Part shown: positions 35,653 through 45,927 of the stretch, one piece after another
Numbering within the stretch: the first letter of the stretch is position 1
How the letters are laid out: the number at the start of each line of letters is the position of its first letter
Source of the DNA: Patescibacteria group bacterium
Lineage (GTDB): Bacteria; Patescibacteriota; Minisyncoccia; Phycocordibacterales; Phycocordibacteraceae
Length of the DNA stretch: 54,485 nt
Direction: 5' to 3'
Assembly (NCBI GenBank): GCA_019752595.1
Contig: JAIELV010000001.1
Location: 1 to 54,485, forward strand
Made by a program: the position numbers and the translations under genes
Notes under the pieces: generated by a model
What the model was told of the DNA's origin: nothing
Databases searched by the model: none
Seen by the model: only the letters and a program-made list of their open reading frames with translations

Positions 35653-37944
35653 ATGCATACCAAAACATATCGAGTAAAAGGAATGCATTGCGCGTCATGT
35701 GCGGTGAATATTGAAAAGGAATTCAAAAAAACAGAGGGTGTGTCCACCGCGGAAGTTAATTACGGAACTGAAACTGCGAAGGTTACATTCGACGAATCAA
35801 AAACAAACCCTCACCATTTGTCAGAAAAAATAAAACCACTTGGCTATTCTCTCGATACTTCAACAGCCGACGAAATGGGAATGTCAGAGGACGAACATGC
35901 TGCGCATCTTGGGCTGAAACAGTCAAAAAAAGAGAAACTGGCAGAAATAGCTGATATGAGGGGTAAAGTGTACTCGGCAATCCCGCTAGCTGTTTTTAGT
36001 ATTTTTGTTATGGGGTGGGACATTCTTGCGGAGTTCGGAGTCGTTTCGGGGATGTCTGTAGTTGTGTATGAGTTCGTGCATCACCTTTTGCCGATTTTGG
36101 CGACATATGTGCTTTTTGTAGTCGGCACACCTTATCTTCTGGGTTTCTATCGCTTTTTGCGTTATGGCAAGGCGAACATGGATACGCTCATAGGCATAGG
36201 CACGTCGGTTGCGTTTCTATACAGCTTTATCGTTATGGCATTTGAAGGGCCGCTCCGACAATTCATTAATGTTGACCAGACCTACTACGACGTCACGATT
36301 GTAGTCATTACGTTTATTGCACTTGGCAAGTATCTAGAGGCAAGAGCAAAAATAAAGACGGGAGATGCAATAGAAAAGTTACTCAACCTTCAAGCAAAAA
36401 CCGCGCTCGTCATTCGTGAAGGAAGAGAGCAAGAAATTCCAATTGAGCAGGTTGTACATAATGATCTGATCATTGTTAAGCCAGGAGGGCGTATTCCCGT
36501 AGACGGAGTTATTACCGAAGGTACTTCGTATGTAGACGAGTCAATGATTACGGGCGAGCCGATGCCAGTTGAAAAAAATATTGATGATTCGGTAGTTGCC
36601 GGTACTTTGAACACCTCAGGTTCATTCACATTCAAAGCGACAAGGGTCGGGTCTGAAACGCTGCTCGCTCATGTGGTCGCCATGGTTCAGGAGGCACAAG
36701 GAAGTCGCGCCCCAATACAAGCTCTTGCAGATAAAGTTTCTTCAGTATTTGTACCCGTTGTGCTTGTTATTGCATTCGTAGCGCTGGGCGGGTGGTTGTT
36801 CTTCGGAACATCCGCGTTAGGCTTTTCGCAGGCACTGTCTTTCGGACTTGTGTCGTTTGTGGGCGTGTTAGTCATTGCATGCCCGTGTGCGCTTGGCCTT
36901 GCAACTCCCACAGCGATAATCGTCGGCGTCGGCAAAGGAGCGAAGGAAGGCATTCTTATAAAAGATGCGGCAACACTCGAAAAACTCCATAAGGTGAATA
37001 CCGTTGTTGTGGACAAGACGGGTACGATAACCCGCGGCAAGCCCGAACTCGTAGGTATTAAAGATTTTTCAAAACTTGGGGAAGAAAAGATTGTCAGTAT
37101 TCTCGCATCGCTTGAAAGCAAGTCGGAGCACCCGATCGCTCGTGCAATTATGCAGCATGTGCACGCGAAGAATATTGCTTTTAGCACGGTTTCAAACTTT
37201 GAGAGTATCAAGGGCAAAGGGGTAAAAGGAATGATAGATGGCAAAGAGTATTTTGCAGGAAATACGAAACTGATTGCTGACCTCAAACTTTCTTTTGATT
37301 CGATAGGTATTGAAAAGGAAACAAAACAGGGCAAGACACCGATTATTCTTACCACGAAGGACGCAGTACTTGGAGTGGTTATGGTAGCTGACGCAATAAA
37401 GCCAGAAGCAGTGAAAGCGATTTCAGATCTTCATGCGCTCGGCATTACCACAGTCATGCTCACGGGTGATGATACGAACACTGCTCAAGCTGTCGCCAAA
37501 GAAGTAGGTATAGATGAGGTGGTTGCAGAAGTATTACCCGAAGAGAAACTTAAAAAAATAAAGGAACTTCAGAGTGCAGGTCGGATTGTTGCCATGGCTG
37601 GGGACGGAGTGAATGACGCTCCCGCTCTTGCACAAGCGGATGTAGGTATTGCTATGGCAACAGGAACAGATGTTGCAATAGAAACAGCCGGAATAACACT
37701 TCTCAATGGCGATATTTCAAAACTAGTTAAAGCTATCCGACTATCTAAAATGACAATGACTGGCATCAAGCAGAATCTATTTTTTGCCTTCATCTATAAC
37801 ATCATCGGGATTCCCTTGGCGGCGGGAATCTTTTTTCCGTTCTTTGGGTGGCTTCTTTCACCAGTGTTTGCAGGACTCGCCATGGCGCTATCGAGCGTCT
37901 CGGTTGTGGGCAACTCTTTACGGCTTAAGGCTAAAAGTTTATAG
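35653..37944 (+). CDS. copA: Copper-translocating P1B-type ATPase
   Basis: N-terminal [16 protein letters not shown] ([11 protein letters not shown]), DKTGTIT, TGD and GDGVNDAP. Confidence 0.96.
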   Translation: MHTKTYRVKGMHCASCAVNIEKEFKKTEGVSTAEVNYGTETAKVTFDESKTNPHHLSEKIKPLGYSLDTSTADEMGMSEDEHAAHLGLKQSKKEKLAEIADMRGKVYSAIPLAVFSIFVMGWDILAEFGVVSGMSVVVYEFVHHLLPILATYVLFVVGTPYLLGFYRFLRYGKANMDTLIGIGTSVAFLYSFIVMAFEGPLRQFINVDQTYYDVTIVVITFIALGKYLEARAKIKTGDAIEKLLNLQAKTALVIREGREQEIPIEQVVHNDLIIVKPGGRIPVDGVITEGTSYVDESMITGEPMPVEKNIDDSVVAGTLNTSGSFTFKATRVGSETLLAHVVAMVQEAQGSRAPIQALADKVSSVFVPVVLVIAFVALGGWLFFGTSALGFSQALSFGLVSFVGVLVIACPCALGLATPTAIIVGVGKGAKEGILIKDAATLEKLHKVNTVVVDKTGTITRGKPELVGIKDFSKLGEEKIVSILASLESKSEHPIARAIMQHVHAKNIAFSTVSNFESIKGKGVKGMIDGKEYFAGNTKLIADLKLSFDSIGIEKETKQGKTPIILTTKDAVLGVVMVADAIKPEAVKAISDLHALGITTVMLTGDDTNTAQAVAKEVGIDEVVAEVLPEEKLKKIKELQSAGRIVAMAGDGVNDAPALAQADVGIAMATGTDVAIETAGITLLNGDISKLVKAIRLSKMTMTGIKQNLFFAFIYNIIGIPLAAGIFFPFFGWLLSPVFAGLAMALSSVSVVGNSLRLKAKSL

Positions 37945-37946
37945 AT

Positions 37947-38348
37947 ATGATTTCAAACAAACTTAAATATATTTTCGGACTCTCAATACCGCTTTTCATA
38001 GCGCACGGAATTGAAGAAATTTTGACCGGTTTCTATAATCTAGACCAGTGGGATGAGTGGATATTTGGTTTACTACCTTTCTCGTCAAATCCTGAGGCCG
38101 CGTTTATCACGTCCCAGGTGATGCTATGGTTGACGTTCATTATCTTATATTTCTCACTGGCAAGTGAACGCACCCGCTTATACCTGCTCGCGCTTGTCGG
38201 TGTTATTTATATATTTGAATTACATCATCCGATCAAGGCAGTCCTGGTCGGGGGATACTATCCAGGGCTTATTACATCGCTGCTCTTTCCCGTTGTAGCC
38301 TTCTATTTCTGGAGAGAATGGCTGCGTAATTACAAAGAAGTGAAATAG
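37947..38348 (+). CDS. HXXEE-domain membrane protein
   Basis: IAHGIEEILTG (H-x-x-E-E) and about 4 TM helices. Confidence 0.6.
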   Translation: MISNKLKYIFGLSIPLFIAHGIEEILTGFYNLDQWDEWIFGLLPFSSNPEAAFITSQVMLWLTFIILYFSLASERTRLYLLALVGVIYIFELHHPIKAVLVGGYYPGLITSLLFPVVAFYFWREWLRNYKEVK

Positions 38349-38352
38349 ATCT

Positions 38353-39372
38353 ATGCAAACCTACACTTTTCATGTTCACGGAATGCATTGCAACGCGTGT
38401 GTTGTATTGACTGAGAATGAACTCAAGGACCACGAGTTGGTCGAACATGCTGTTGCTGACCTCAAAACTTGTTGTGTTGAGGTTCATGGAAATTTCGGTG
38501 ATAAAACACGAGAAGAAGTAGCAATAGAACTTTCAAAAGTTATGGAACCGCATGGCTACAAGATTTCTCTTGAAAAAGAACAAAAAGGCGTGAAGTGGTC
38601 GGATTTCAAAATCGCTTTGCCAGTTGCGGTCGGGTTCATGGCGTTCTTTGTGATACTGCAAAAATTAGGACTAGTAAATCTCATAACGACAGGAGAGGTA
38701 AACTTCGGCACGGCATTTTTCATCGGGCTCATTGCTTCTGTATCTACCTGCATGGCAGTTGTAGGAAGCTTGGTGCTGTCAGTATCGGCAAATTACGCTA
38801 AAGAGGGTGATAAGGTACGCCCACAAGTACTGTTTTATATTGGACGCCTCGTTGCGTTTTTTATTCTGGGGGGGGCTATCGGCGCACTAGGGTCAGTGTT
38901 TCAGCTTGGCCCGACAGGAACATTCTTGATGAGCTTTATCGTAGCGATAGTGATGCTTATTCTCGGCATAAATTTGCTTGATGTTTTCCCATGGGCGAAG
39001 AAATTGCAGCCAACACTTCCTAAGTTTCTCTCGAACCACCTCTTGGAATTGAAAAAATTGAATCATACACTTACCCCCGTACTTCTCGGTGTCGTTACGT
39101 TCTTTCTTCCATGCGGCTTTACGCAGTCAATGCAGATTTATGCCCTTTCCACAGGAAGTTTCTTCACAGGAGCAATGGTCATGTTCGTATTTGCACTCGG
39201 TACTCTACCTGTCTTGGCGCTCCTCAGTTTTAGTTCTCTGGGAATCAAGGACAAGTTGCAGTCGGGCGTATTCTTCAAAACAGCAGGGCTTGTCGTTATC
39301 TTCTTCGCGCTGTTCAACCTTATCAATAGCTTCGTCATAATCGGGCTCATACCGCCTGTATTTAATTTTTAG
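38353..39372 (+). CDS. HMA metal-binding domain fused to a DsbD_2/TauE-like transmembrane domain
   Basis: GMHCNACV HMA motif. TM segments carry IASVSTCMAVVG and FFLPCGFTQSM conserved Cys. Confidence 0.7.
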   Translation: MQTYTFHVHGMHCNACVVLTENELKDHELVEHAVADLKTCCVEVHGNFGDKTREEVAIELSKVMEPHGYKISLEKEQKGVKWSDFKIALPVAVGFMAFFVILQKLGLVNLITTGEVNFGTAFFIGLIASVSTCMAVVGSLVLSVSANYAKEGDKVRPQVLFYIGRLVAFFILGGAIGALGSVFQLGPTGTFLMSFIVAIVMLILGINLLDVFPWAKKLQPTLPKFLSNHLLELKKLNHTLTPVLLGVVTFFLPCGFTQSMQIYALSTGSFFTGAMVMFVFALGTLPVLALLSFSSLGIKDKLQSGVFFKTAGLVVIFFALFNLINSFVIIGLIPPVFNF

Positions 39373-39385
39373 TACACTGAACACT

Positions 39386-39775
39386 ATGAAAGCTACTGTT
39401 ATTGCGATTATTTTTGCTGGGTTTTTGATAGGTGGTGCGGTTTTGCTTTCAAGTAAACCCGACTCAAACACTTCCGCAGAACCAGGGAAAAATGTGAGTA
39501 TCGTTGATGGAAAACAAGTCATTACTATCGATGCGAAAGGAGGATACTTGCCAAAAATCACAGAAGCAAAAGCTGGCGTCCCTACCATTCTTCGCGTTGC
39601 TACAGCGGGGACTTTTGACTGCTCCTCAGCTCTCACGATTCCTGCGATTGGTTATATGGGCAACTTACCTCCGTCAGGAATGACTGACATTGAAGTCCTG
39701 GAACAAAAACCGGGAACGATCATGCAAGGACTTTGTGCCATGGGAATGTACAATTTCAAAATTGTCTTCAATTAA
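39386..39775 (+). CDS. Membrane-anchored cupredoxin-like (Cupredoxin_1-type) protein
   Basis: N-terminal TM helix. PKITEAKAGVPTILRV...DCSSALTIPA...GLCAMGMY is the Cys/Met-containing beta-sandwich pattern usually partnered with the preceding gene type. Confidence 0.6.
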   Translation: MKATVIAIIFAGFLIGGAVLLSSKPDSNTSAEPGKNVSIVDGKQVITIDAKGGYLPKITEAKAGVPTILRVATAGTFDCSSALTIPAIGYMGNLPPSGMTDIEVLEQKPGTIMQGLCAMGMYNFKIVFN

Positions 39776-39841
39776 TTTAATAATAGCGACCTTACAGAGT
39801 TACGTTACGATTAAAAAAGATAGTCAGTAAACATATTCACT

Positions 39842-40225
39842 ATGAACAACACAACACTACTCACAGTTCTTGCTGCGCTTATTATCGGAGCAGGAATCGG
39901 ATACGCACTTGCAGTAAACCCTGCACCTGAAGGCATGCATCAAATGGCCGATGGAACCATGATGCCAAATGTGGCAACAAATGGTGCGTCTATGGAGCAT
40001 TCCATGGACGCGATGATGTCTGGCCTTGAAGGAAAAACAGGAGACGCGTTTGACCGCGCGTTTCTCGAAGAAATGATTGTGCATCACGAGGGTGCGGTCG
40101 ACATGGCAGAGGCGCTTCTGAAAAACACAAAGCGTCCTGAGCTTAAAAAGTTAGGCTCCGACATCATCACTGCTCAAACAGGGGAAATACAGATGATGAA
40201 AAACTGGCTTCAGGAGTGGTTCTAA
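39842..40225 (+). CDS. DUF305-family protein (four-helix, His/Met-rich; copper-resistance associated)
   Basis: FDRAFLEEMIVHHEGAVDMAE...ITAQTGEIQMMKNWL, with a Met/His-rich N-terminal segment. Confidence 0.7.
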   Translation: MNNTTLLTVLAALIIGAGIGYALAVNPAPEGMHQMADGTMMPNVATNGASMEHSMDAMMSGLEGKTGDAFDRAFLEEMIVHHEGAVDMAEALLKNTKRPELKKLGSDIITAQTGEIQMMKNWLQEWF

Positions 40226-40240
40226 TATCACTTTCAAAAA

Positions 40241-40267
40241 CCCCGCCACGGCGGGGTTTTTCTTTTG
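40241..40267 (+). terminator. Rho-independent terminator ending the copper operon
   Basis: aaaaa-ccccgc-cacg-gcgggg-tttttctttt. The A-tract upstream makes it potentially bidirectional. Confidence 0.85.
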
Positions 40268-40283
40268 TTACAATACCTCTCCC

Positions 40284-40967
40284 ATGGAAGAGAGAAAAGA
40301 AGAAAAGCCAAAATATCCAGAACAGACACTTGTGTTCGTAGAGCGACGTCATGAGTATGACGACGTGTACACGTATGTGTTCAAGACTGAAGAGAAAGTG
40401 AAGTACACTGCGGGGCAGTACGGGCATGTCCGTGTATCGGGAATGCCCGAAGGGGTGCGTAGCGTGCGTGAATTTTCTTTTGCTTCGGCTCCGCATGATG
40501 CGCTCGTTGAGTTCGGTGTTGATTGCCGGTCGGGGAGTGAATATCAGAAACGTTTGCAATCTCTGATCATAGGGGACACCGTGCAACTATTTAAGATAAA
40601 AAATCACATGACGTGGCCGCCTGTGGCAAGAGAAGCAGTCATGATTGCTGGCGGTGTCGGGATTACGCCGTTTCGCTCAATGCTTCGCGATAAAGCTCAG
40701 AAAAAAATGTCACTTCATACATCTGTTATTCACGTCAGCGGAAGTGGGTATTTGTATGGGGAAGAAGTTGCGATGAGTGCTGATGAGTATATACAGACGA
40801 AGAGGGAGCGTTTACCTGAGAGTATTAGTTTGGTTTCTGACACGCATCCAACCGCCCATTACTATGTCGCTGGTTCTCCTTTGTTTGTTGAGGGCACCCT
40901 GGAACTTCTTTCTGAAAAAGGAATTTCAGCTGAAAGCGATTCATTCAAAGGTTTGGAGGAAATTTGA
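40284..40967 (+). CDS. Ferredoxin-reductase-type FAD/NAD(P)-binding oxidoreductase
   Basis: REFSFAS (RxFS flavin motif) and GGVGITPFRSM (NAD(P) GGxGxxP). TGtTACAAT lies 9 nt before the ATG. Confidence 0.7.
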   Translation: MEERKEEKPKYPEQTLVFVERRHEYDDVYTYVFKTEEKVKYTAGQYGHVRVSGMPEGVRSVREFSFASAPHDALVEFGVDCRSGSEYQKRLQSLIIGDTVQLFKIKNHMTWPPVAREAVMIAGGVGITPFRSMLRDKAQKKMSLHTSVIHVSGSGYLYGEEVAMSADEYIQTKRERLPESISLVSDTHPTAHYYVAGSPLFVEGTLELLSEKGISAESDSFKGLEEI

Positions 40968-41491
40968 TACAATTCGCTTCCGTGAGGTACACCAAGATAG
41001 CGATTGTCGGAATTACTGGCGCAGGAAAAAGCACGCTCTCGCGCCGTATAGCGCAGAAAACAGGACTCCCTGTATTCCACATGGACGCGCTCTTTTGGCG
41101 CGGAGAATGGCAGGAAGTGCCTGAGAAAGAGTACGTCGAAGCGCACCAAGAGATTCTCAAAAAAAACGGCCGATGGATTATCGAAGGGTGGGTGTCTGAA
41201 GCGATGTCAGACAGACTTCGGCAGGCTGACCTTATTATTTACTTAGATTACCCAGGGTGGCTTGCGGCCGTTCATTATGTTGAACGTTGGCAGAAACACA
41301 GAATAGTGGCACGACCTGAATTACCCCGAGAGTCTCGCGACCGATTTAAATTCAGGAGGTTCTTCTTGAGTTTCTTTCGCTCTGAGCGTCCGCAAATCGA
41401 AAAGGCGCTCGCCTCTGCCTCCGACCCGAAAAAAGTCGTCAGGATTACTTCAATGGAACAAATGGAGGATTATCTCGAGTCCACGTTCTAA
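40964..41491 (+). CDS. P-loop NTPase, adenylate-kinase/topology-modulation (FlaR)-like
   Basis: IAIVGITGAGKSTLSRRIA is a Walker A motif. Small size and a 4-nt overlap with the upstream gene. Confidence 0.65.
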   Translation: MIQFASVRYTKIAIVGITGAGKSTLSRRIAQKTGLPVFHMDALFWRGEWQEVPEKEYVEAHQEILKKNGRWIIEGWVSEAMSDRLRQADLIIYLDYPGWLAAVHYVERWQKHRIVARPELPRESRDRFKFRRFFLSFFRSERPQIEKALASASDPKKVVRITSMEQMEDYLESTF

Positions 41492-41495
41492 TACT

Positions 41496-42158
41496 CTATT
41501 TCCCTCCAGTCACTAGTTGCGCAATCGCCGCTGCCACGCGGTCGCTGACAGTGGGAATGGTGACGAGGAAAAAGAGAACCGCGAACATAAAGAGGCTCAC
41601 CGTGGGCGAGAAGAAGCCTACGACGGTCACTGCAATTGCGCCTGAAACAGGCACCACGATACGGTAGTGCATTATGGAAATCATTTCTTTATCTACATTT
41701 TCTTTCAAAAACTTATGTTTGACTGCATGTGACCACAACCAGTAGGCTGCGGCTCCACAGATAATCATGTTGAACCCGTACGCTACAACAGCAATCTGTT
41801 CTGAGTAGTATTGGCGCAACACAGCAGTCGTGAGCGGTATCAAGACAATGAAGCTTGCAAAGATAATGTTAATCCACACTGCTTTGCGGTCGGTGTGCTT
41901 AATCAGAGAAAACAGGTTGTGGTGCCCAACCCAAAATGTACCGAGGACCGCAAAACTCATAAAGTAGGTGAGGAATTGGGGCCAGAGGTTCACAAACAAC
42001 TGCTGCAGGTTTTCGGAGGGTAAATCGGAAGGAACAACGAAGTTCAAAATAAGGAGCGTCATCGCAAACGCAAACACGTTGTCGGTGAGGGACAGTATGC
42101 GACTTGAGGTCCACCCTTCGGCAAGCCGAGCCTCTAATTCAAGGGATTTCTCCTTCAT
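41496..42158 (-). CDS. TMEM175/DUF1211-family potassium channel
   Basis: RILSLTDNVFAFAMTLLIL signature in TM1 and six predicted helices. I prefer the ATG at 42158 over the track's TTG at 42167. Confidence 0.72.
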   Translation of the reverse strand: MKEKSLELEARLAEGWTSSRILSLTDNVFAFAMTLLILNFVVPSDLPSENLQQLFVNLWPQFLTYFMSFAVLGTFWVGHHNLFSLIKHTDRKAVWINIIFASFIVLIPLTTAVLRQYYSEQIAVVAYGFNMIICGAAAYWLWSHAVKHKFLKENVDKEMISIMHYRIVVPVSGAIAVTVVGFFSPTVSLFMFAVLFFLVTIPTVSDRVAAAIAQLVTGGK

Positions 42159-42167
42159 GACTCTCAA

Positions 42168-42175
42168 AGTATAAT
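42168..42175. promoter_or_regulatory. Overlapping back-to-back -10 boxes for the divergent TMEM175 and purD genes
   Basis: Plus-strand TATAAT (42170-42175) lies 6 nt before the purD GTG. Minus-strand TATACT (complement of 42168-42173) lies 9 nt before the ATG at 42158. Confidence 0.5.
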
Positions 42176-42181
42176 ACGATT

Positions 42182-43447
42182 GTGAATATTCTCATTATTG
42201 GTGGCGGGGGCAGGGAACACGCTTTGGCATGGAAGATACAGCAATCGCCACAGTGCGAAGCGCTCTATATAGCGCCAGGTAATGCTGGCATACAGACCCT
42301 CGGAGAGAACGTCGTTCTGGATATCAAGGATAATCAGGCAGTTGTTGATTTTGCTGTAGCGAAAAACATAGGACTTGCAGTTGTGGCGCCCGATGACTAT
42401 TTAGCACAGGGGATGGTGGATGCGCTTACGAGCGCTGGTATTAAAGCTTTTGGTCCCACAAAAGCAGCAGCACAACTTGAATGGTCAAAGGCGTTTGCAA
42501 AAGAGTTCATGAAAAAACATGGTATTCCAACCGCACAATCGGAAACATTCTCTTCATTTGATACAGCACTAGAGTACGCTCGCACACAGACGTTACCCGT
42601 TGTGATAAAAGCTGACGGCCTTGCACTTGGGAAAGGCGTGGTTATTGCACAGACGTACGATGAAGCAGAAGCAACGCTTCGCTCGTTTATGGCTGAGGCA
42701 AAATTTGGAGCTTCAGGAAAGACAGTGGTCATTGAAGAATTTTTAGAAGGGAGTGAGATTTCGATTCACGCGTTTTGTGACGGAAAGGATGCAGTACTTT
42801 TTCCTGTTTCGCGTGATCATAAACGAGTTGGTGACGGGAACACAGGTCCGAATACTGGAGGCATGGGAACGATAGCGCCCGTCCTAGTTCCTGATTGGTT
42901 TCTAAACGTTGTAAAACAAAGCGTGGTGATGCCCGTTTTGAAAGGAATGAACGACACAGGTACTCCTTTTAAAGGAATTTTGTATCCTGGAATTATGGTC
43001 ACGAATCAAGGAATTAAAGTGATTGAGTTTAACACCCGCTTCGGTGATCCTGAGTGTGAGTCATACATGCGTATTTTGGAAAGTGATTTAGTTGAAATCC
43101 TGTTGGCGTGTGTCGACGGAACTTTGGAGAACGTGAACGTGAAGTGGTCTGACGATTCGGTCACTACAGTAATGCTTGCATCAAAGGGATATCCCGAGGC
43201 TTACGAGAAAGGATTTGAAGTACAAGGAATCAATGATGCGGAAGCCGATTCATCCGTTGTTGTTTTTCATGCAGGCACCGCAACGAAAGAAGGCAACACA
43301 GTAACTTCTGGAGGGAGAGTTTTGGGTGTGAGCGCAACTGGCAAAACACCAGAAGAAGCAAAAAAGAAAGCATACGAAGCGGCAGATAAGATTCACTTTG
43401 AAGGCAAGCAAAATAGGGCTGATATAGGGGCTTTTTGGGCTCTCTAA
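42182..43447 (+). CDS. purD: Phosphoribosylamine--glycine ligase
   Basis: ILIIGGGGREHALAWK, ATP-grasp core VVIKADGLALGKGV and FNTRFGDPE. GTG start. Confidence 0.95.
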   Translation: MNILIIGGGGREHALAWKIQQSPQCEALYIAPGNAGIQTLGENVVLDIKDNQAVVDFAVAKNIGLAVVAPDDYLAQGMVDALTSAGIKAFGPTKAAAQLEWSKAFAKEFMKKHGIPTAQSETFSSFDTALEYARTQTLPVVIKADGLALGKGVVIAQTYDEAEATLRSFMAEAKFGASGKTVVIEEFLEGSEISIHAFCDGKDAVLFPVSRDHKRVGDGNTGPNTGGMGTIAPVLVPDWFLNVVKQSVVMPVLKGMNDTGTPFKGILYPGIMVTNQGIKVIEFNTRFGDPECESYMRILESDLVEILLACVDGTLENVNVKWSDDSVTTVMLASKGYPEAYEKGFEVQGINDAEADSSVVVFHAGTATKEGNTVTSGGRVLGVSATGKTPEEAKKKAYEAADKIHFEGKQNRADIGAFWAL

Positions 43448-43497
43448 AGTACTAAAAATGGCCCAGCAGGGGCAGGCTGTTTGTGCTAAAATAAGAG

Positions 43498-43517
43498 AAG
43501 CCGAACGGCTTTTTTTC
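43498..43517 (+). terminator. Short hairpin plus T7; probable purD terminator
   Basis: aagcc-gaac-ggctt followed by ttttttc. Confidence 0.55.
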
Positions 43518-43529
43518 TTGATATTCACA

Positions 43530-45614
43530 ATGGCCAAAGCATCGAAAAAATCACCAAAACAGGATTCTTCAAAAGGAACCTACAACGCTGAATCGATTAC
43601 GGTTCTCGAGGGACTTGAGCCAGTTAGAAAGCGTCCAGGAATGTACATTGGTACAACTGGTCCCGATGGTTTGCACCATTTGATTTGGGAAGTGTTTGAT
43701 AACTCACGCGACGAAGCGATGGGTGGCCACGCGGACGACATCGAAGTTACACTGCTACCGAATAATCGCGTGCGTGTTGCCGACAACGGTCGCGGTATTC
43801 CCGTCGGTATCCATAAGCAAACAAAAGTTTCCGCTCTTGAAACTATTATGACGACCCTGCATGCGGGAGGTAAATTCGGCGGAGACGGATACAAAGTGTC
43901 AGGAGGTTTACACGGCGTCGGCGTTTCTGTGGTGAACGCTCTTTCAACGTACACAAAAGCGGAAGTGCATGTTGACGGTGGCTACCACATTCAGGAATAC
44001 GACCGCGGCAAGGCGCGCGCAAAGGTGAAAAAGGTGAGTTCTTCAGACTGGCAAGGCACTATCATCACGTTCGATGCTGACCCGCAGATTTTTCCCGAAA
44101 TAAAATACGAATGGAATAGGATTGTGTCCCACTTGCGCCAGCAGGCGTACCTCATCAAGGGCGTGCGCATTACCATCAACGATGCTCGCGAATATCCTGG
44201 AAAGATTGACCTTGCAGACGTTCGGTATTTCCGCGACTTGGAGCTTTTGGTTCCGTCGATGGGCTTTTACTTCGAAGGAGGACTGAAGTCGCTCGTGACC
44301 TACAACAATCGATTCCAGACGCCCGTTCACGACACTGTTTTTTATGTAGAAAAAGAAGTAGACAATGTACAGGTTGAAGTTGCGCTTCAATATGTCGACG
44401 ACATTTCTTCACGCATTACGGCGTTTGCCAACAACACGTACAACTCGGAGGGAGGTACGCACATCACTGGTTTTAAAACCGCGCTCACGAGAACTCTCAA
44501 CAACTATTCAAAAAAGAATACGAGCGGCAAAGAGGATGACAATTTCACTGGTGATGACGTTTTGGAGGGCCTCACCGCTATCGTTTCTGTAAAACTTCGC
44601 GAGATTCAGTTTGAGGGCCAGACGAAAGGGAAGCTGGGCTCGGTTGAAGCACGCGGTGCGGTTGAGACGGTGTTTTCTGAAGCTTTCTCAGATTTCCTTG
44701 GTGAGCATCCTGATGAAGCACGTGCGATTTTAGGCAAGGCAACTTTGGCAATGAAGGCTCGCAAAGCAGCAAAAGCTGCAAAGGATTCGGTCCTTAGAAA
44801 GGGCGCACTGGACGGCATGACACTTCCTGGCAAGCTTGCCGATTGCCAAAGCAAAGACGCTTCAGAATCTGAAGTATTTATCGTAGAGGGAGATTCAGCA
44901 GGTGGTTCAAGTAAGCAGGGAAGAGATAGACGCACACAGGCGGTGTTGCCTCTTCGAGGAAAAATTTTGAACGTGGAGCGTGCGCGTTTGGACAAAATGC
45001 TTGCGTCAAACGAAATCAGAAACTTGGTGATTGCTATGGGTACGGCAATCGGCGATTTGTTTGATATTTCAAAGCTTCGCTATCACAAAATCATTATCGC
45101 AACCGACGCCGACGTTGACGGCGCACACATCCGTACGCTTCTTCTCACACTTTTCTATCGATACTTTAAAGGGGTGATTGAGGGTGGGTTCTTGTACATC
45201 GCACAACCACCACTGTATAAAATCTCTGTTGGTAAGGAGGTGCATTATGCGTACACAGACGCAGAGCGTGACGCCGTCTATAAAAAACTTGGCGTTGCTC
45301 CTTCATTTGCGGAAATAACGGAGGAGTCAGAAGGAGGCGAGGAAGAAGAGGAAGAAGATGATGAGAAAGAGAAAAACTCAAAACAGCCAAAGGCGAAGAA
45401 ATTGCGCACCCAGCGATACAAAGGATTGGGAGAAATGAACCCTGAGGAATTGTGGGAAACCACCATGGACCCTGAACGCCGTGTGCTGAAACAAGTAAAG
45501 ATTGAAGATGCACAGGATGCAGACCGCGTGTTCGATATTTTGATGGGGACCGACGTGCCTGCACGAAAGAGTTTCATCCAGTCAAACGCGAAAACGGCAA
45601 AACTGGATATTTAA
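43530..45614 (+). CDS. gyrB: DNA gyrase subunit B
   Basis: LEGLEPVRKRPGMYIG, LHGVG, EGDSAGG, PLRGKILNVE, DADVDGAHI and QRYKGLGEMNPEELWETTMDP. Start moved to ATG 43530; the track start at 43458 lies upstream of the purD terminator. Confidence 0.96.
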   Translation: MAKASKKSPKQDSSKGTYNAESITVLEGLEPVRKRPGMYIGTTGPDGLHHLIWEVFDNSRDEAMGGHADDIEVTLLPNNRVRVADNGRGIPVGIHKQTKVSALETIMTTLHAGGKFGGDGYKVSGGLHGVGVSVVNALSTYTKAEVHVDGGYHIQEYDRGKARAKVKKVSSSDWQGTIITFDADPQIFPEIKYEWNRIVSHLRQQAYLIKGVRITINDAREYPGKIDLADVRYFRDLELLVPSMGFYFEGGLKSLVTYNNRFQTPVHDTVFYVEKEVDNVQVEVALQYVDDISSRITAFANNTYNSEGGTHITGFKTALTRTLNNYSKKNTSGKEDDNFTGDDVLEGLTAIVSVKLREIQFEGQTKGKLGSVEARGAVETVFSEAFSDFLGEHPDEARAILGKATLAMKARKAAKAAKDSVLRKGALDGMTLPGKLADCQSKDASESEVFIVEGDSAGGSSKQGRDRRTQAVLPLRGKILNVERARLDKMLASNEIRNLVIAMGTAIGDLFDISKLRYHKIIIATDADVDGAHIRTLLLTLFYRYFKGVIEGGFLYIAQPPLYKISVGKEVHYAYTDAERDAVYKKLGVAPSFAEITEESEGGEEEEEEDDEKEKNSKQPKAKKLRTQRYKGLGEMNPEELWETTMDPERRVLKQVKIEDAQDADRVFDILMGTDVPARKSFIQSNAKTAKLDI

Positions 45615-45919
45615 TCAGCTTCGTCCCGAGGGTTCTCTGTCGTTATAATGCCAGCTTTTTTGTTGGCAGTATCAACAAGTTTCATGAACTCATCAAAACG
45701 GCGGTTCCTTCGAAGTCCTTCCATTTCTGCTATTAGTTGTACAAAGTATGCTTCACGCTCAAGACCAGAGCATTTTTGCCATTTCTTCCTTATTTGAAAT
45801 GCACGCTTTGGGCATGCATCCATAGAGTCGTTTCCCGTGTGAGTGGTGAGGTGAGTGAACAGTTCTGCAAAGGCACCTAAGGAGTCGTGCCCGTTTGTTT
45901 TTCTCTCTTTTTGAGGCAT
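45611..45919 (-). CDS. Hypothetical protein (102 aa)
   Basis: ORF only, with no family recognised. Its 3' end overlaps the gyrB stop by 4 nt. Confidence 0.4.
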   Translation of the reverse strand: MPQKERKTNGHDSLGAFAELFTHLTTHTGNDSMDACPKRAFQIRKKWQKCSGLEREAYFVQLIAEMEGLRRNRRFDEFMKLVDTANKKAGIITTENPRDEAD

Positions 45920-45927
45920 AGCAAAAA

